A stretch of 64,000 nucleotides of DNA from an uncultured Candidatus Sumerlaeota bacterium (GTDB lineage Bacteria; Bacillota; SLNR01). Made by a program: the position numbers and the translations under genes. Location: contig CAZRKC010000006.1 of NCBI GenBank assembly GCA_964600665.1, forward strand, positions 11,319 to 75,318. The letters are read 5' to 3'. This document shows, piece after piece, positions 27,223-37,608 of the stretch. How positions within the stretch are numbered: position 1 is the first letter of the stretch; every line of letters starts with the position of its first letter. The notes beneath the pieces were generated by a model. It worked only from the letters and a program-made list of their open reading frames with translations. It searched no databases and was not told the origin of the DNA.

Positions 27223-28121
27223 GCATATCCCTCATCTTGGAGATGGGACATTGGTTGTTTTCGCCGAGACCACAACACGCGTTCCCACCCCATATAGTCG
27301 TGGACCACTTGGGCCGGTTCCAGGATGCCCGTTTGATCCATCAAGTGCTTCACCGCCACCCCTTGCCCGGCGCCTACTTCCAGGACGATCCAGCCCTGCG
27401 GCGCCAGAAACCGGTCCAAACCGTCCAGTATCCGTCGATAGAAATCCAGACCATCAGCGCCACCGGACAAAGCCGTCAACGGCTCGTAATCTTTGACTTG
27501 CTGCTCGAGCATATCCATCTCTTTATCGGCAATGTATGGAGGATTGGACACAATGCCATCCACCCGACCGTCCATCCCGCTGCAAGTCAGTGCCTCCCAC
27601 AAATCACCATGGACCGTGGTGATTCGACCCTCCAGCTGATATCGATGGATGTTCTTGTGGGCAATGGTCAATGCATCTGCTGAAATGTCCACACCATAGA
27701 TCTTCGCTCCCGGATGATACCTGGCGATACTGATGGCGATCGCACCACTGCCGATCCCCAGATCCACCAGCTGCAAGACTGGTTGGTCTTTGGCCAGTGA
27801 TAGTGCCGTTTCAACGACATGCTCCGTCTCTGGTCGAGGAATCAAGACACCGGGTGCGACATAAAATTCCATCCCCATAAACTCCTGGTGCCCGGTAATA
27901 TATTGGACTGGCATACAAGTCGCACGTTGCTGGATCATGTCCAGAAATATCCCTTGGATATCCGAAGCCACAGCATCATCCATGTGCGCATACAACCTCG
28001 CCCGCTGGATACCCATAGCATGCATCAGCAACACTTCACTGTCCCATCGGCTGTCCGCAATGCCGGCTTCTTTTAATTGCTCAGCACCGAGAGCCAGTAA
28101 TGCTCCCACTGAAGCGGTCAT
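27219..28121 (-). CDS. prmC: Release factor glutamine N5-methyltransferase
   Basis: 300 aa. Has the SAM motif VDLGIGSGAIAI and the catalytic IVSNPPYI. Confidence 0.9.
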   Translation of the reverse strand: MTASVGALLALGAEQLKEAGIADSRWDSEVLLMHAMGIQRARLYAHMDDAVASDIQGIFLDMIQQRATCMPVQYITGHQEFMGMEFYVAPGVLIPRPETEHVVETALSLAKDQPVLQLVDLGIGSGAIAISIARYHPGAKIYGVDISADALTIAHKNIHRYQLEGRITTVHGDLWEALTCSGMDGRVDGIVSNPPYIADKEMDMLEQQVKDYEPLTALSGGADGLDFYRRILDGLDRFLAPQGWIVLEVGAGQGVAVKHLMDQTGILEPAQVVHDYMGWERVLWSRRKQPMSHLQDEGYA

Positions 28122-28122
28122 C

Positions 28123-29190
28123 TTATTCCACCTTCTTCAACCGCTCTGCCTGATCGGTGGTTATGAGGGCATCGATGATGTCATCGATATCGCCTTCCAG
28201 TACCTGTTCCAATTTATGCAATGTCAGGCCGATCCGGTGATCCGTAACCCGCCCCTGGGGGTAATTGAAAGTCCGGATCCGCTCGCTACGATCGCCGGTG
28301 CCCACTTGGGATTTACGCGCTTCTGCCATCTCTGCCCGGTTCTCTCCTTCTGCAATATCCATCAACCGGGCCCGTAATACTCGCATGGCTTTTTCCCGGT
28401 TTTTGTGCTGGGATTTTTCATCCTGGCAAGACACCACCAGCCCTGAAGGAATATGCGTCAGCCGGACAGCCGAGTAGGTGGTATTGACACTTTGCCCTCC
28501 GGGGCCGCTGGAACAGAACAAGTCAATGCGAATATCGTTGGGCTCGATATTGACCTCCACTTCCTCCGCTTCTGGCAAAACAGCCACAGTCACAGTGGAC
28601 GTATGGATGCGCCCCCCTGATTCTGTCGTAGGGATCCGCTGCACCCGATGCACACCCATCTCATACTTGAGCCTGCTGTAGGCGGAAGCACCTTCGATGA
28701 CAAAGACGATTTCCTTAAATCCACCCAATTCCGTAGGGTTGGCGCTGAGCACTTCCACACGCCACCCTTGGCGCTCCGCATACCGCGTATACATACGGTA
28801 CAAAGTCCCGGCAAAGAGTGCTGCCTCATCACCGCCGGCTCCGGCCCGGATTTCCATCACCACGTTCTTTTCATCCCGGGGATCTTTCGGTAGCAGCATC
28901 ACCTTTAACTCTGTTTCCACTTTCAATTTTTGGCCTTCCAGTTGGGTAAGCTCTTCCTCCAGAAACTCCATCAGATCCTGGTCGATCTCTCCAATCAACA
29001 TCTCCCGGGCATTCTCCATCTCGTCCAGAATATGTTTCAGTTCCTGGTATTTTTCCACGATTCCCGTGAGGGAAGAATGAGCTTTGGCAAATTTCTGCCA
29101 TTCAGACTGACGTCCGATAATAGCCGGATCATTCAGTTTGGATTCCAGTTCTTGATGCCGTTCCATAATGGCCTGCAGTTTGTCCAACAT
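28123..29190 (-). CDS. prfA: Peptide chain release factor 1
   Basis: Start ATG 29190 (MLDKLQAI). Has the RF1-type tripeptide region [14 protein letters not shown] and the GGQ motif [12 protein letters not shown]. No internal frameshift site as found in prfB. Confidence 0.95.
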   Translation of the reverse strand: MLDKLQAIMERHQELESKLNDPAIIGRQSEWQKFAKAHSSLTGIVEKYQELKHILDEMENAREMLIGEIDQDLMEFLEEELTQLEGQKLKVETELKVMLLPKDPRDEKNVVMEIRAGAGGDEAALFAGTLYRMYTRYAERQGWRVEVLSANPTELGGFKEIVFVIEGASAYSRLKYEMGVHRVQRIPTTESGGRIHTSTVTVAVLPEAEEVEVNIEPNDIRIDLFCSSGPGGQSVNTTYSAVRLTHIPSGLVVSCQDEKSQHKNREKAMRVLRARLMDIAEGENRAEMAEARKSQVGTGDRSERIRTFNYPQGRVTDHRIGLTLHKLEQVLEGDIDDIIDALITTDQAERLKKVE

Positions 29191-29220
29191 GTGCATACAC
29201 ACCTTTACTTAGGATATTGA

Positions 29221-30099
29221 TCAGACCGAGGTCTGGGGCGCTTCCATTTTTAAAACACCTTCCAGCGCGCTTACCGCCACCTGGATCTGCTTGTCGTCTG
29301 GCTCTTTGGTCGTCAGGCGTTGCAAGAGCATGCCGGGTGCGCAGAATGCCCGGAGCACAGGAGATTTGCTTTTTCCGGCCAACCGGATGATTTCATAAGA
29401 TACACCGGCAATAATGGGCAGGAGTACGATCCGTGATAAAACCCGCAGCAGGAAATTCTGATATCCGATCCACACAAAAAACAGCATACTCACCATAAAT
29501 ACAATAATGATGAAACTGGTTCCGCATCGGGGATGTTCCGTAGGCATAGGACGGATGTTGTCCACCGTCAGATCCAGTCCGACTTCATAAGCATGGACCG
29601 TCTTGTGCTCAGCACCATGGTAGGCAAATATTCGCTGCACATCCTCCAATCTGGAGATCAAAGCCACATATCCGACAAAAAAAGCCATGCGGATGGAAAA
29701 TTCGATCACATTCAACAGGATATTGTTTGGTACCAGTGTCCGGAGGAACCGCGTCAGCAAGACCGGGGTAACAATGAACAATAGCGTGGCAATGCAAACA
29801 GCGCCCACCACAGTCAAGCTCATCTCCCTTGCCGTCAACTGTTCGTCTTCTTCACTGGCTTGGTTAGCGGAATACACCAGGGTGCTGATCCCGATGGTGA
29901 GTGAATCTGCCAATGCGGCCAATCCCCGAAACAGCGGCAGCTTAAAAACTGGCCACCGGTCTCCCCAGGAACTTAATGCAGATGTCTGGGTAACAATCGT
30001 TCCCTTGGGCGTCCGAACCGCCACCACCATGCTGCGCTTGCCCCGCATCATGACTCCCTCAATCACTGCCTGCCCGCCAATCTGGATCGTGCTTGCCAT
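29221..30099 (-). CDS. DUF1385 (YqhQ-like) membrane protein
   Basis: 292 aa. Has IGGQAVIEGVMMRG and YHGAEHK plus a hydrophobic C-terminal half. It sits in the conserved position between rpmE and prfA. Confidence 0.7.
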   Translation of the reverse strand: MASTIQIGGQAVIEGVMMRGKRSMVVAVRTPKGTIVTQTSALSSWGDRWPVFKLPLFRGLAALADSLTIGISTLVYSANQASEEDEQLTAREMSLTVVGAVCIATLLFIVTPVLLTRFLRTLVPNNILLNVIEFSIRMAFFVGYVALISRLEDVQRIFAYHGAEHKTVHAYEVGLDLTVDNIRPMPTEHPRCGTSFIIIVFMVSMLFFVWIGYQNFLLRVLSRIVLLPIIAGVSYEIIRLAGKSKSPVLRAFCAPGMLLQRLTTKEPDDKQIQVAVSALEGVLKMEAPQTSV

Positions 30100-30140
30100 G
30101 GTCGTCCCTCCCTGAAAAAAAACAGAGCCGGTGGCTCTGC

Positions 30141-30350
30141 TTATTCTTTCGTTTTGATCCCGTATTTCCGATTGAAGCGTTCCACTCGTCCGCCGCTATC
30201 CACTACTCTTTGTTTACCTGTATAAAACGGATGGCATTTCGAGCATATTTCAACCCGAAGATTCTTCTTGGTGGAACCCGTGCTGAATGTCTCGCCGCAT
30301 GCGCACACACAGGTGGTTTCCTCATATTTAGGATGAATGTTCTCTTTCAC
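30141..30350 (-). CDS. rpmE: 50S ribosomal protein L31 (zinc-binding type A)
   Basis: GTG 30350 after GAGGTG. Translates to [46 protein letters not shown] with the CxC...CxxC pattern. Confidence 0.9.
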   Translation of the reverse strand: MKENIHPKYEETTCVCACGETFSTGSTKKNLRVEICSKCHPFYTGKQRVVDSGGRVERFNRKYGIKTKE

Positions 30351-30486
30351 TCTGGCACACCTCACTTCTAGTCCATAATCAATGTCCCTCTAATAACCAT
30401 TTCATTATAGCACAAAGGATTTTTCACCGCAACAGGTATTTGTGTTCCATATATTTCCAGTGAATGGCCTTCATCGACCCACACGC

Positions 30487-31752
30487 TTACCCGTTCCCGC
30501 TGTTTTTCATGATCCCCAGGATGAATTCCCGGTTGTTTTTTGCTTTTTTCATCCGTTCCAGGACAAATTCAGTCGCCTCGACTGTACCCAGAGGATATGT
30601 GAGCCGGCGAATCGCCCAAACGGCTTCCATGGTTTCATCATCCAGCAGCATCTCTTCTTTACGCGTGCCGGACCGCTTGATATCGATGGCCGGGAAAATC
30701 CGCTTCTCAGATAACTTTCGATCGAGATGCAACTCTAAATTGCCGGTGCCTTTGAACTCTTCATAGATGACATCATCCATGCGGCTTCCGGTTTCAATCA
30801 GTGCTGTGGCCAGGATGGTGAGGCTGCCCCCTTCTTCGATTTTGCGTGCCGCCCCGAAAAAACGTTTTGGTTTATGAAAAGCAGATGGATCGATCCCCCC
30901 GGACAGGGTCCGGCCACTGGGTGGAACCACCAGGTTGTATGCCCTGGCCAGGCGGGTGATACTGTCCATCAGAATGACCACATCTTTTTTCTGTTCCACC
31001 AACCGTTTTGCCCGCTCAATGACCATTTCGGCGACCTTGATGTGGTTTTCCGGAAGTTCATCAAAAGTGGAACTGACGACTTCTCCTCGTACCGACCGCT
31101 CCATATCCGTCACTTCTTCCGGTCGCTCGTCCACCAAAAGTACCTTGAGGACCACTTCCGGATGGTTTTTGGCAATGCTATTGGCTATATCTTTGAGCAG
31201 CATCGTCTTACCTGCTTTAGGCGGTGCCACGATCAGACCCCGCTGCCCTTTGCCGATGGGTGCAATCAGGTCCATGACCCGCATGGAAAGGCTGTTGATC
31301 TGTGTCGACAGATCCAGTTTCTCGCATGGATACACCGGTGTCAGGGCATCAAAGTGGATTCGTTCCGCCGCTTCTTCCGGATTACCGCCATTGACCCCTT
31401 CGACACGCAACAAGGCAAAATACCGTTCACCCTCTTTCGGCGGTCGTACCTGTCCGGAAACCATGTCCCCGGGTCGTAAAGCAAACCGTCGGATCTGCGA
31501 TGGTGATACATAGATATCCTCTCGACTGGGGAGATACACAAACGGACGCAAAAATCCAAATCCATCCGGCATGATATCCAGAATACCCTGGGCAAAAAGC
31601 AGGCCGTCTTTTTTCGTTTGCGCCTTTAGGATCTCAAAAATCAATTCCTTTTTGCGGAATGTGTAATATGCCGGGATATCCAATCCCCGGGCGATCTTGT
31701 ACAGTTCGATCAGCGTCTTTTCTTCCAGCTCGTAATAGCTCAAATCCATCAC
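30487..31752 (-). CDS. rho: Transcription termination factor Rho
   Basis: 421 aa. Has the N-terminal [13 protein letters not shown]-binding GFGFLR, Walker [16 protein letters not shown], and [15 protein letters not shown]. Confidence 0.95.
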   Translation of the reverse strand: MMDLSYYELEEKTLIELYKIARGLDIPAYYTFRKKELIFEILKAQTKKDGLLFAQGILDIMPDGFGFLRPFVYLPSREDIYVSPSQIRRFALRPGDMVSGQVRPPKEGERYFALLRVEGVNGGNPEEAAERIHFDALTPVYPCEKLDLSTQINSLSMRVMDLIAPIGKGQRGLIVAPPKAGKTMLLKDIANSIAKNHPEVVLKVLLVDERPEEVTDMERSVRGEVVSSTFDELPENHIKVAEMVIERAKRLVEQKKDVVILMDSITRLARAYNLVVPPSGRTLSGGIDPSAFHKPKRFFGAARKIEEGGSLTILATALIETGSRMDDVIYEEFKGTGNLELHLDRKLSEKRIFPAIDIKRSGTRKEEMLLDDETMEAVWAIRRLTYPLGTVEATEFVLERMKKAKNNREFILGIMKNSGNG

Positions 31753-31771
31753 CTGCTCATTTCATGTTTGA

Positions 31772-32428
31772 TCATAGCACGGTCTGTTTACCCGCACGCT
31801 CCCAGTCTTTCATAAATTGCTGGATGCCGGCATCCGTCAAAGGATGCTTCACCATCTGTGTCAGTAACGAAAAGGGCACGGTCGCAATGTGGGCGCCGGC
31901 GATTGCCGCAGCAGTCACATGCAAAGGATGGCGCATACTGGCGGCGATGATTTCAGCAGCGATATCATGGATGGCGAAAATATTCGCGATATCCTCCACA
32001 ATCTTCATGCCATTGGCACCGGTGTCATCCAAACGTCCAACAAACGGGCTCACATACGTACCGCCCGCTCGTGCAGCCATTAATGCCTGATTCACCGAAA
32101 AAATCAATGTCACATTGGTCCGGATCCCCTCTCTGGACAAAACCTTGATGGCTTTCAGCCCTTCGATGGTCATTGGTATCTTGACCACAATATTGGGTGC
32201 CCACTGGACGAGAGTCCGGGCTTCCCGGATCATCCCCTCGCTGCCGGTACTGATAACCTCAGCACTGACCGGACCGTCTACGATCGCAGCAATGGCTTTG
32301 ATCATATCTTCAAATCCCCCGGCCTCTTTGGCTGCCAACGACGGATTCGTCGTCACCCCGGCGACGACACCCCAACTGTTAGCCTCTTTAATCTCTTCCA
32401 GGTTGGCAGAATCGATGAAAAACTTCAT
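31772..32428 (-). CDS. tal: Transaldolase / fructose-6-phosphate aldolase (short TalC/Fsa type)
   Basis: 218 aa. Has [31 protein letters not shown] and the Schiff-base lysine context VVKIPMT. Confidence 0.9.
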   Translation of the reverse strand: MKFFIDSANLEEIKEANSWGVVAGVTTNPSLAAKEAGGFEDMIKAIAAIVDGPVSAEVISTGSEGMIREARTLVQWAPNIVVKIPMTIEGLKAIKVLSREGIRTNVTLIFSVNQALMAARAGGTYVSPFVGRLDDTGANGMKIVEDIANIFAIHDIAAEIIAASMRHPLHVTAAAIAGAHIATVPFSLLTQMVKHPLTDAGIQQFMKDWERAGKQTVL

Positions 32429-32446
32429 GGTCTCTCCCCCCTGACC

Positions 32447-33439
32447 TTATCGTTGATCCATATCCCACTTTTCTTTGAATTCCCGCAGAACCGGTTTGCG
32501 GTTCAGCTGATGGACGGCTTCGATGAAACGCACCGTGCCAGTTTTTGCCCGCATGACCACAGAATAGGTGCGACAACCTGCACCCCCATACCGGACCCCT
32601 TTAAGCCAATCTCCATCTGTAATGCCAGTCGCGGCAAAAATGACATCATCACCTTTGACCATATCGTCCATGAGCAGCACTTTACATTCATCTCGCAGTC
32701 CCATTTCATGGATCCGCCGCACTTGTTCCTCGTCACTCGGAGTCAGACGCCCTTGAAGCTCTCCTCCCAGACAGCGCAATGCCGCCGCAGCCAGAACCCC
32801 TTCCGGTGCACCACCGATTCCCAGCAGCATATCTACCCCGGTACCTTCCACCGCCGTGGCGATTGCCGCCGCAACATCCCCGTCGGTAATGAGTTTGATC
32901 CGCGCCCCCGACCTTCTGACTTCTTCCATAATGGCTTGATGCCGGGGCCGGTCCAAAAGAACCACCGTCAAATCCCTGATCTTGCTGCCCTGGGCTTTTG
33001 CCACTGCAGCTAAATTGTCATAAATCGATGCATCGATGTGAATACAACCGGCAGCCTGGGGTCCCACAGCGATTTTCTCCATATACATATCCGGCGCATG
33101 GAGCAGACATCCCTTTTCTGCCACGGCCAATGTGGCGATGGCACCAGGTAAACCTCGGGCCACCAGGTTGGTTCCTTCCAGAGGATCGACAGCAATATCC
33201 ACGATTGGCGGAACTCCCGTTCCGACGCGCTCACCAATGTATAACATGGGGGCTTCATCGATTTCCCCCTCACCAATGACGACAATCCCATCAATATGGA
33301 CTGTATCAAAAACGGCCCGCATTGCATCCACAGCTGCACCATCCGCAGCTTCTTTATCACCCCGTCCCATCCAGCGGGCTGCGGCAATGGCTGCGGCTTC
33401 TGTTACACGCACAAATTCCAACGATAATTCTCTTTCCAT
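32447..33439 (-). CDS. glpX: Fructose-1,6-bisphosphatase class II
   Basis: Start ATG 33439 ([29 protein letters not shown]) after AAGGAGGGG. Has [14 protein letters not shown] and DPLEGT. Confidence 0.9.
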   Translation of the reverse strand: MERELSLEFVRVTEAAAIAAARWMGRGDKEAADGAAVDAMRAVFDTVHIDGIVVIGEGEIDEAPMLYIGERVGTGVPPIVDIAVDPLEGTNLVARGLPGAIATLAVAEKGCLLHAPDMYMEKIAVGPQAAGCIHIDASIYDNLAAVAKAQGSKIRDLTVVLLDRPRHQAIMEEVRRSGARIKLITDGDVAAAIATAVEGTGVDMLLGIGGAPEGVLAAAALRCLGGELQGRLTPSDEEQVRRIHEMGLRDECKVLLMDDMVKGDDVIFAATGITDGDWLKGVRYGGAGCRTYSVVMRAKTGTVRFIEAVHQLNRKPVLREFKEKWDMDQR

Positions 33440-33500
33440 TTCATCCCCTCCTTGCAATTTCCTTGGGCAAAAGAGCAGAGTATCCCTCTGCTCTTTTAAA

Positions 33501-34355
33501 TCATACTTTGCCGTTGCTCCCAAATAACCGGATTTTTTCGCGGATCACCACTTTCATGGCTTCTTTGGCCGGTCCTAATATTTTCCGGGGATCAAAAACA
33601 TGGGGATCTGCATTCAGGATCTCGCGGATCTTATCGGTGAACGCTTGCATATTGTCCGTGTTGATATTTACTTTGTGTACACCCAGGCGAATCGCCTCCC
33701 GCACACTTTCGTCGGGTATTCCCGATCCACCATGCAGCACTACTGGAATTCCCACCCGTTTCTTGATTTCCTTGAGCCTTTCAAAATCAAGCTTGGGCGC
33801 CAGTTTGTAATGCCCGTGGGCAGAACCGATGGCGACTGCGATTGCATCCACCCCGGTTTCCCGGACAAAGATTTCGGCTTCACCGGGATCGGTGAATAAA
33901 GACTCAGCCTCAGAAACAAATACATTATCTTCCGTACCGGTGATTTTACCCAGCTCGCCTTCCACGGTCACCCCCACCGCATGCGCTGCTTCCACAACTT
34001 TTTTTGTCAATGCAATGTTTTCGGAAAGCGAGTATTTGGATCCATCAACCATCACGGATGAGAACCCGGCCCGAATGCACTGCATCGCCTGGGAGAAACT
34101 TTGTCCGTGATCCAGGTGGATCGCGACGGGTACCGAAACACAGTCTGCTGCCACCCGGGCAATGGCCACTGAATATTCCAAACCCACATATTTCAGCGCG
34201 CCTTCACTGGCCTGCAGGATGATGGGCGAACGTTCTTCATCAGCTGCTTCCACGATTCCCTGCACAAATTCCAGATTATTAATGTTGAATGCACCCACTG
34301 CGTAACCACCCGCCTGGGCTTTCTCCAGTAATTCTGCCATTGATACTAACGGCAT
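33501..34355 (-). CDS. fba: Class II fructose-bisphosphate aldolase
   Basis: 284 aa. Has [29 protein letters not shown] and VLHGGSGIP. Confidence 0.95.
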   Translation of the reverse strand: MPLVSMAELLEKAQAGGYAVGAFNINNLEFVQGIVEAADEERSPIILQASEGALKYVGLEYSVAIARVAADCVSVPVAIHLDHGQSFSQAMQCIRAGFSSVMVDGSKYSLSENIALTKKVVEAAHAVGVTVEGELGKITGTEDNVFVSEAESLFTDPGEAEIFVRETGVDAIAVAIGSAHGHYKLAPKLDFERLKEIKKRVGIPVVLHGGSGIPDESVREAIRLGVHKVNINTDNMQAFTDKIREILNADPHVFDPRKILGPAKEAMKVVIREKIRLFGSNGKV

Positions 34356-34374
34356 CCCAATCCCCTCCTATTTG

Positions 34375-35025
34375 TTATTTCACTCTGTATAACGATCGCC
34401 CGACCTTCGGGTCGACCCCGGAGAAACCATTCTCATCGATTTCGATGGCTTCAATATGGTTTAAACGCATTAAATCTTCCTCGTTTTCCGCTTTGATCGC
34501 GATTTGGCGATTGCATTTAGTACACCGCAATTCCAGTCGATCCGGATACAGATCCACCTCAATCTCCCGGTTTCCACATGCGCATGAAAGTCGACGGTTG
34601 TCTGCCATATCATGGAGATGATTCAACACATCAAACATTAACGCCGGATTGATGAAATAATCGTTGAATCCACTTGATAGATCATCTTCCCAATGGTTTG
34701 CCGCTTCTTGGACAGCGGTTTCATCGCCAAAGAAACCTAAATCAATATCGGTGTCCGGACAAGCTAAATTTTCCAGCTGGGTTGTCCAGAAGTCCGCTTT
34801 ATCATAATGGAAGACATGCTCGGTTTCACAGATAATGCAAGGAATCTGGATCCAGAAAGTCCGATTATCTTTAGTGCCGATGATTGCTTTGCGAAAGCCG
34901 CAGGGGCAGTTGAGATTCACAGTTCGCGCACGGGAAAACGAGAACACCGACAACCGATGATAGCCCAGCTTCCCGCACAAGGCGCAACGCAACGCAAATA
35001 CTTTCTCCGTATAAACTGACATCAT
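34375..35025 (-). CDS. Uncharacterised cysteine-rich (multi zinc-ribbon-like) protein
   Basis: Start ATG 35025 (MMSVYTEKV) 7 nt after AAGGA, 217 aa. Cys pairs: CALCGK, CPCGF, CIICETEH, CACGN, CTKCNR. No family recognised. The upstream part of ORF 34375..35361 overlaps the preceding gene in another frame. Confidence 0.5.
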   Translation of the reverse strand: MMSVYTEKVFALRCALCGKLGYHRLSVFSFSRARTVNLNCPCGFRKAIIGTKDNRTFWIQIPCIICETEHVFHYDKADFWTTQLENLACPDTDIDLGFFGDETAVQEAANHWEDDLSSGFNDYFINPALMFDVLNHLHDMADNRRLSCACGNREIEVDLYPDRLELRCTKCNRQIAIKAENEEDLMRLNHIEAIEIDENGFSGVDPKVGRSLYRVK

Positions 35026-35089
35026 GTCCACATCCTTTGTGGGTTTATTTCCCTGACGATGGATCATATCCTTTGCAATGGGTTGGAAT

Positions 35090-35482
35090 TCAGTGGGCTT
35101 TCGGGTAGTATTTCCGGTTGAGTCGCGTGAGTTCCTGCAGAACTTTTCGGATCGTGCTCTGGATGGCCGGAATTCGAATATCCCATTGACTGTCACCTTG
35201 AGCAGCCATGGTAAATGCGTCTTCCATCTGCGTCCCCACCCGCACCAAGTCTTGGCGGCAATCATCAAATTCCCGGTTTGGCACCACCAACGCGTCAATA
35301 TCTTGCATGATGCGATGGATTTCATGGATCGTGCGTTGATACCGTCCCTGGCATTCTTCATCGTCTAAACTCGCCATATACTCGTTGTGGTGGGCAATCT
35401 CTTCTTTTAATATTCCCTGGAGGATACTGACATATCCCTGAACCGTACCATCAAAAAATTTCAGCACACGCAATGTGACCAA
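35090..35482 (-). CDS. Uncharacterised small helical protein
   Basis: 130 aa, TTG start 6 nt after AGGAGGG. It appears helical by eye and has no TM segment or signal peptide. Contains EEIAHHNEYM and HEIHRIMQDIDAL. No family recognised. Confidence 0.45.
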   Translation of the reverse strand: MVTLRVLKFFDGTVQGYVSILQGILKEEIAHHNEYMASLDDEECQGRYQRTIHEIHRIMQDIDALVVPNREFDDCRQDLVRVGTQMEDAFTMAAQGDSQWDIRIPAIQSTIRKVLQELTRLNRKYYPKAH

Positions 35483-35571
35483 TATATTCCCTCCTGATCA
35501 TCCGCCGGGTAACAGTCCGGCGTCTTCAATCCAGTGACAGCAGATTTGAGGCCTGGTCCCCATCTCAGGAT

Positions 35572-35934
35572 CTACGGTATCAGGCCGCGGATGGTTTCCA
35601 GCAGTCCCTTCATATCAAAGGGTTTGCTCATATGTTGAACGGCACCCAGATCAAATGCCTCCTGAACCAGTTCCAAATCTCCATAAGCAGTCATAAATAT
35701 CACAGGCACCCCAACACCATCCTGCTGCAGTTGCCTTAATGTCGACAAACCGCAAAGACCTGGCATCCGGTTGTCCAGTAAAATCAAATCGGGTACCTGA
35801 TTGTGGACGGATTCCAATGCTTCTGCCCCATTGGTGGCCAATTGGACCGCATACCCTTCGCGGCTGAGCAACTCAGACAGAAGTTTACGCACCCCTTTCT
35901 GATCATCCACCACCAGAATGGTTTTCCCTTTCAT
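35572..35934 (-). CDS. spo0F: Single-domain response regulator, Spo0F-like
   Basis: Start ATG 35934 (MKGKTILVVDDQKGVRKLL) after AAGGAGAG. Has the phospho-acceptor LILLDNRMPG, then FMTAYGDLELVQEAFDLGAVQHMSKPFD, very close to B. subtilis Spo0F ([28 protein letters not shown]). It also sits in the same position upstream of fba. Confidence 0.7.
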   Translation of the reverse strand: MKGKTILVVDDQKGVRKLLSELLSREGYAVQLATNGAEALESVHNQVPDLILLDNRMPGLCGLSTLRQLQQDGVGVPVIFMTAYGDLELVQEAFDLGAVQHMSKPFDMKGLLETIRGLIP

Positions 35935-35983
35935 ATCGTAATCTCTCCTTATGCCTACATACATGCATCGTCCTGTTTACTCA

Positions 35984-36013
35984 TCTCAATTCTACGACAT
36001 CAAACTGATTCCT
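35984..36013 (-). promoter_or_regulatory. SigmaH-like promoter upstream of the spo0F-like gene
   Basis: The minus-sense sequence AGGAATC-N13-AGAATTGAGA compares with the B. subtilis spoVG sigmaH promoter AGGATTT-N13-GGAATTGATA. The spacer holds a 0A-box-like TGTCGTA. An overlapping sigmaA reading, TTGCAG-N17-TAGAAT, is also possible. Confidence 0.4.
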
Positions 36014-36237
36014 GCAAGCAGGATGCCAATTGCGTTCTCTCTTCAGATGCGGTAAAATGATGCCCGAGGATATATGCATACGGTGCCATGGTTGATGGTC
36101 CTTCATTCAATCTTAATATTCGTAGTGTGTTTCCTTAGTGGCGCGGCTTACCGGAAAGTGCTATAATAATTCGTATATCAATTCGATATAAAGAATTGAG
36201 TCTCAGCCATTTTTAAACGTATCGAGGAGGTTTTACT

Positions 36238-37572
36238 ATGTCCGGCAATACCCAGCAGGGAGCTGCAGTTCCGACCCCGGCCCAGCGCATGCTCTCCTAC
36301 CGGTGGCTCATTTTTTCAGTTTTGGCTACCGCTTATTTGATCATCATCTTTCACCGTTTGTCACCAGCCGTTATGTCCAGCGATCTGATCAATACATTCA
36401 AGATCGATGGCGCTGCATTGGGCATTTTAGGGTCGATGTATTTCTACCCGTATGCCGTCATGCAGCTTCCGGCAGGAATCCTGGCTGATACCATCGGCCC
36501 GCGAAGACTGGCTTCCATATCATTCGGCATCGCCGGTGTGGGTGCGATTTTGTTCGGTCTGGCACCCAATTTCCAGATGGCTGTACTGGCCCGTCTTTTG
36601 ATCGGCTTAGGGTTATCCTGTGTGTATGTACCGACTTTGAAGATTTTCTCCATCTGGTTTCGTAAGAATGAATATGCCACCATCTCAGGCATGCTGGTTT
36701 CGCTGGGCAATATTGGTGGCTTGATTGCCGCGACCCCGTTGGCACTGATGATTGTCCGTTTTGGCTGGCAGCCATCGGTGATTACCATCGGGACCATCAC
36801 CGTCCTGCTGGCAGGGGTGATGTACACCATTGTCCGAAACACTCCCAAAGAGATGGATCTCCCATCCTTGGACGAAATCGACAATGTCCCGGCGGATCAA
36901 CGGATACAAATTCAGCCCATGCCGATTTTTCAGGGTATTCGCAAAGTGTTGTCCAACCCGTATTTTTGGCCTATGGCAATTCGAAGCTTCACATCTTACG
37001 GCGTATTGATGAGTTTTCAGAGTCTTTGGGGTGGCCCCTACCTGATGCAGGTGTTAGGTCAGACTAAAGTTCAGGCCGGCAGTATTTTGATGATGCTCTC
37101 CATCGGCAGCATCATCACACCGCCAATCGGTGGATATCTGTCCGATAAAGTTCTGGGTACCCGCAAAGGAATTGTGTTAGTCGCGGCAATCCTCAGCACC
37201 CTGTGCTGGCTTCCCATCGCATTCTTCCCTGATCGCATCACCCCCGCTTTCCTATATGTCTGGTTGTTCATTATGGGGGCCGTTGGTGGATTAGGGGTAT
37301 CCGGGATCGCCATGTTGAAGGAGTTATTCCCCGCTTCACTGACCGGTACCGTCAATGGTATGAGCAATTTCTTTACGATGATGGGGGGCGCTCTCTACAC
37401 CCTGGTCATGGGGATCATTATCGGTACATATCCCAAGACTGCCGCCGGCACTTTCTCGGTGGTCGCATTTTCCGCCGGATTCCGATTCTTGTTCATTAGC
37501 ATGATGATCGGGACCATCGCCGTTTTCTTTGCCAAAGAAACGAAACAGGACACCAGGAGAAAATCAGTTTAG
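36238..37572 (+). CDS. Major facilitator superfamily transporter
   Basis: 444 aa with about 12 TM segments. Has an MFS loop 2-3 motif resembling GILADTIGPRR. RBS GAGGAGG. Confidence 0.8.
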   Translation: MSGNTQQGAAVPTPAQRMLSYRWLIFSVLATAYLIIIFHRLSPAVMSSDLINTFKIDGAALGILGSMYFYPYAVMQLPAGILADTIGPRRLASISFGIAGVGAILFGLAPNFQMAVLARLLIGLGLSCVYVPTLKIFSIWFRKNEYATISGMLVSLGNIGGLIAATPLALMIVRFGWQPSVITIGTITVLLAGVMYTIVRNTPKEMDLPSLDEIDNVPADQRIQIQPMPIFQGIRKVLSNPYFWPMAIRSFTSYGVLMSFQSLWGGPYLMQVLGQTKVQAGSILMMLSIGSIITPPIGGYLSDKVLGTRKGIVLVAAILSTLCWLPIAFFPDRITPAFLYVWLFIMGAVGGLGVSGIAMLKELFPASLTGTVNGMSNFFTMMGGALYTLVMGIIIGTYPKTAAGTFSVVAFSAGFRFLFISMMIGTIAVFFAKETKQDTRRKSV

Positions 37573-37608
37573 CAGCAGACCCGGGGCATAGGCCTCCGGG
37601 TCATTTTT

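Noticed and set aside
26191-27496. Several long plus-strand ORFs (26191..26847, 26618..27010, 27155..27496) opposite tsaC/prmC
   Set aside because: They are Arg/Pro/Gly-rich shadow frames of well-supported minus-strand genes, with no motifs and no RBS. The same applies to 30874..31513 (opposite rho), 33132..33810 (opposite glpX/fba), 51058..51603 (opposite cadA) and 53795..54301 (opposite the RND pump).
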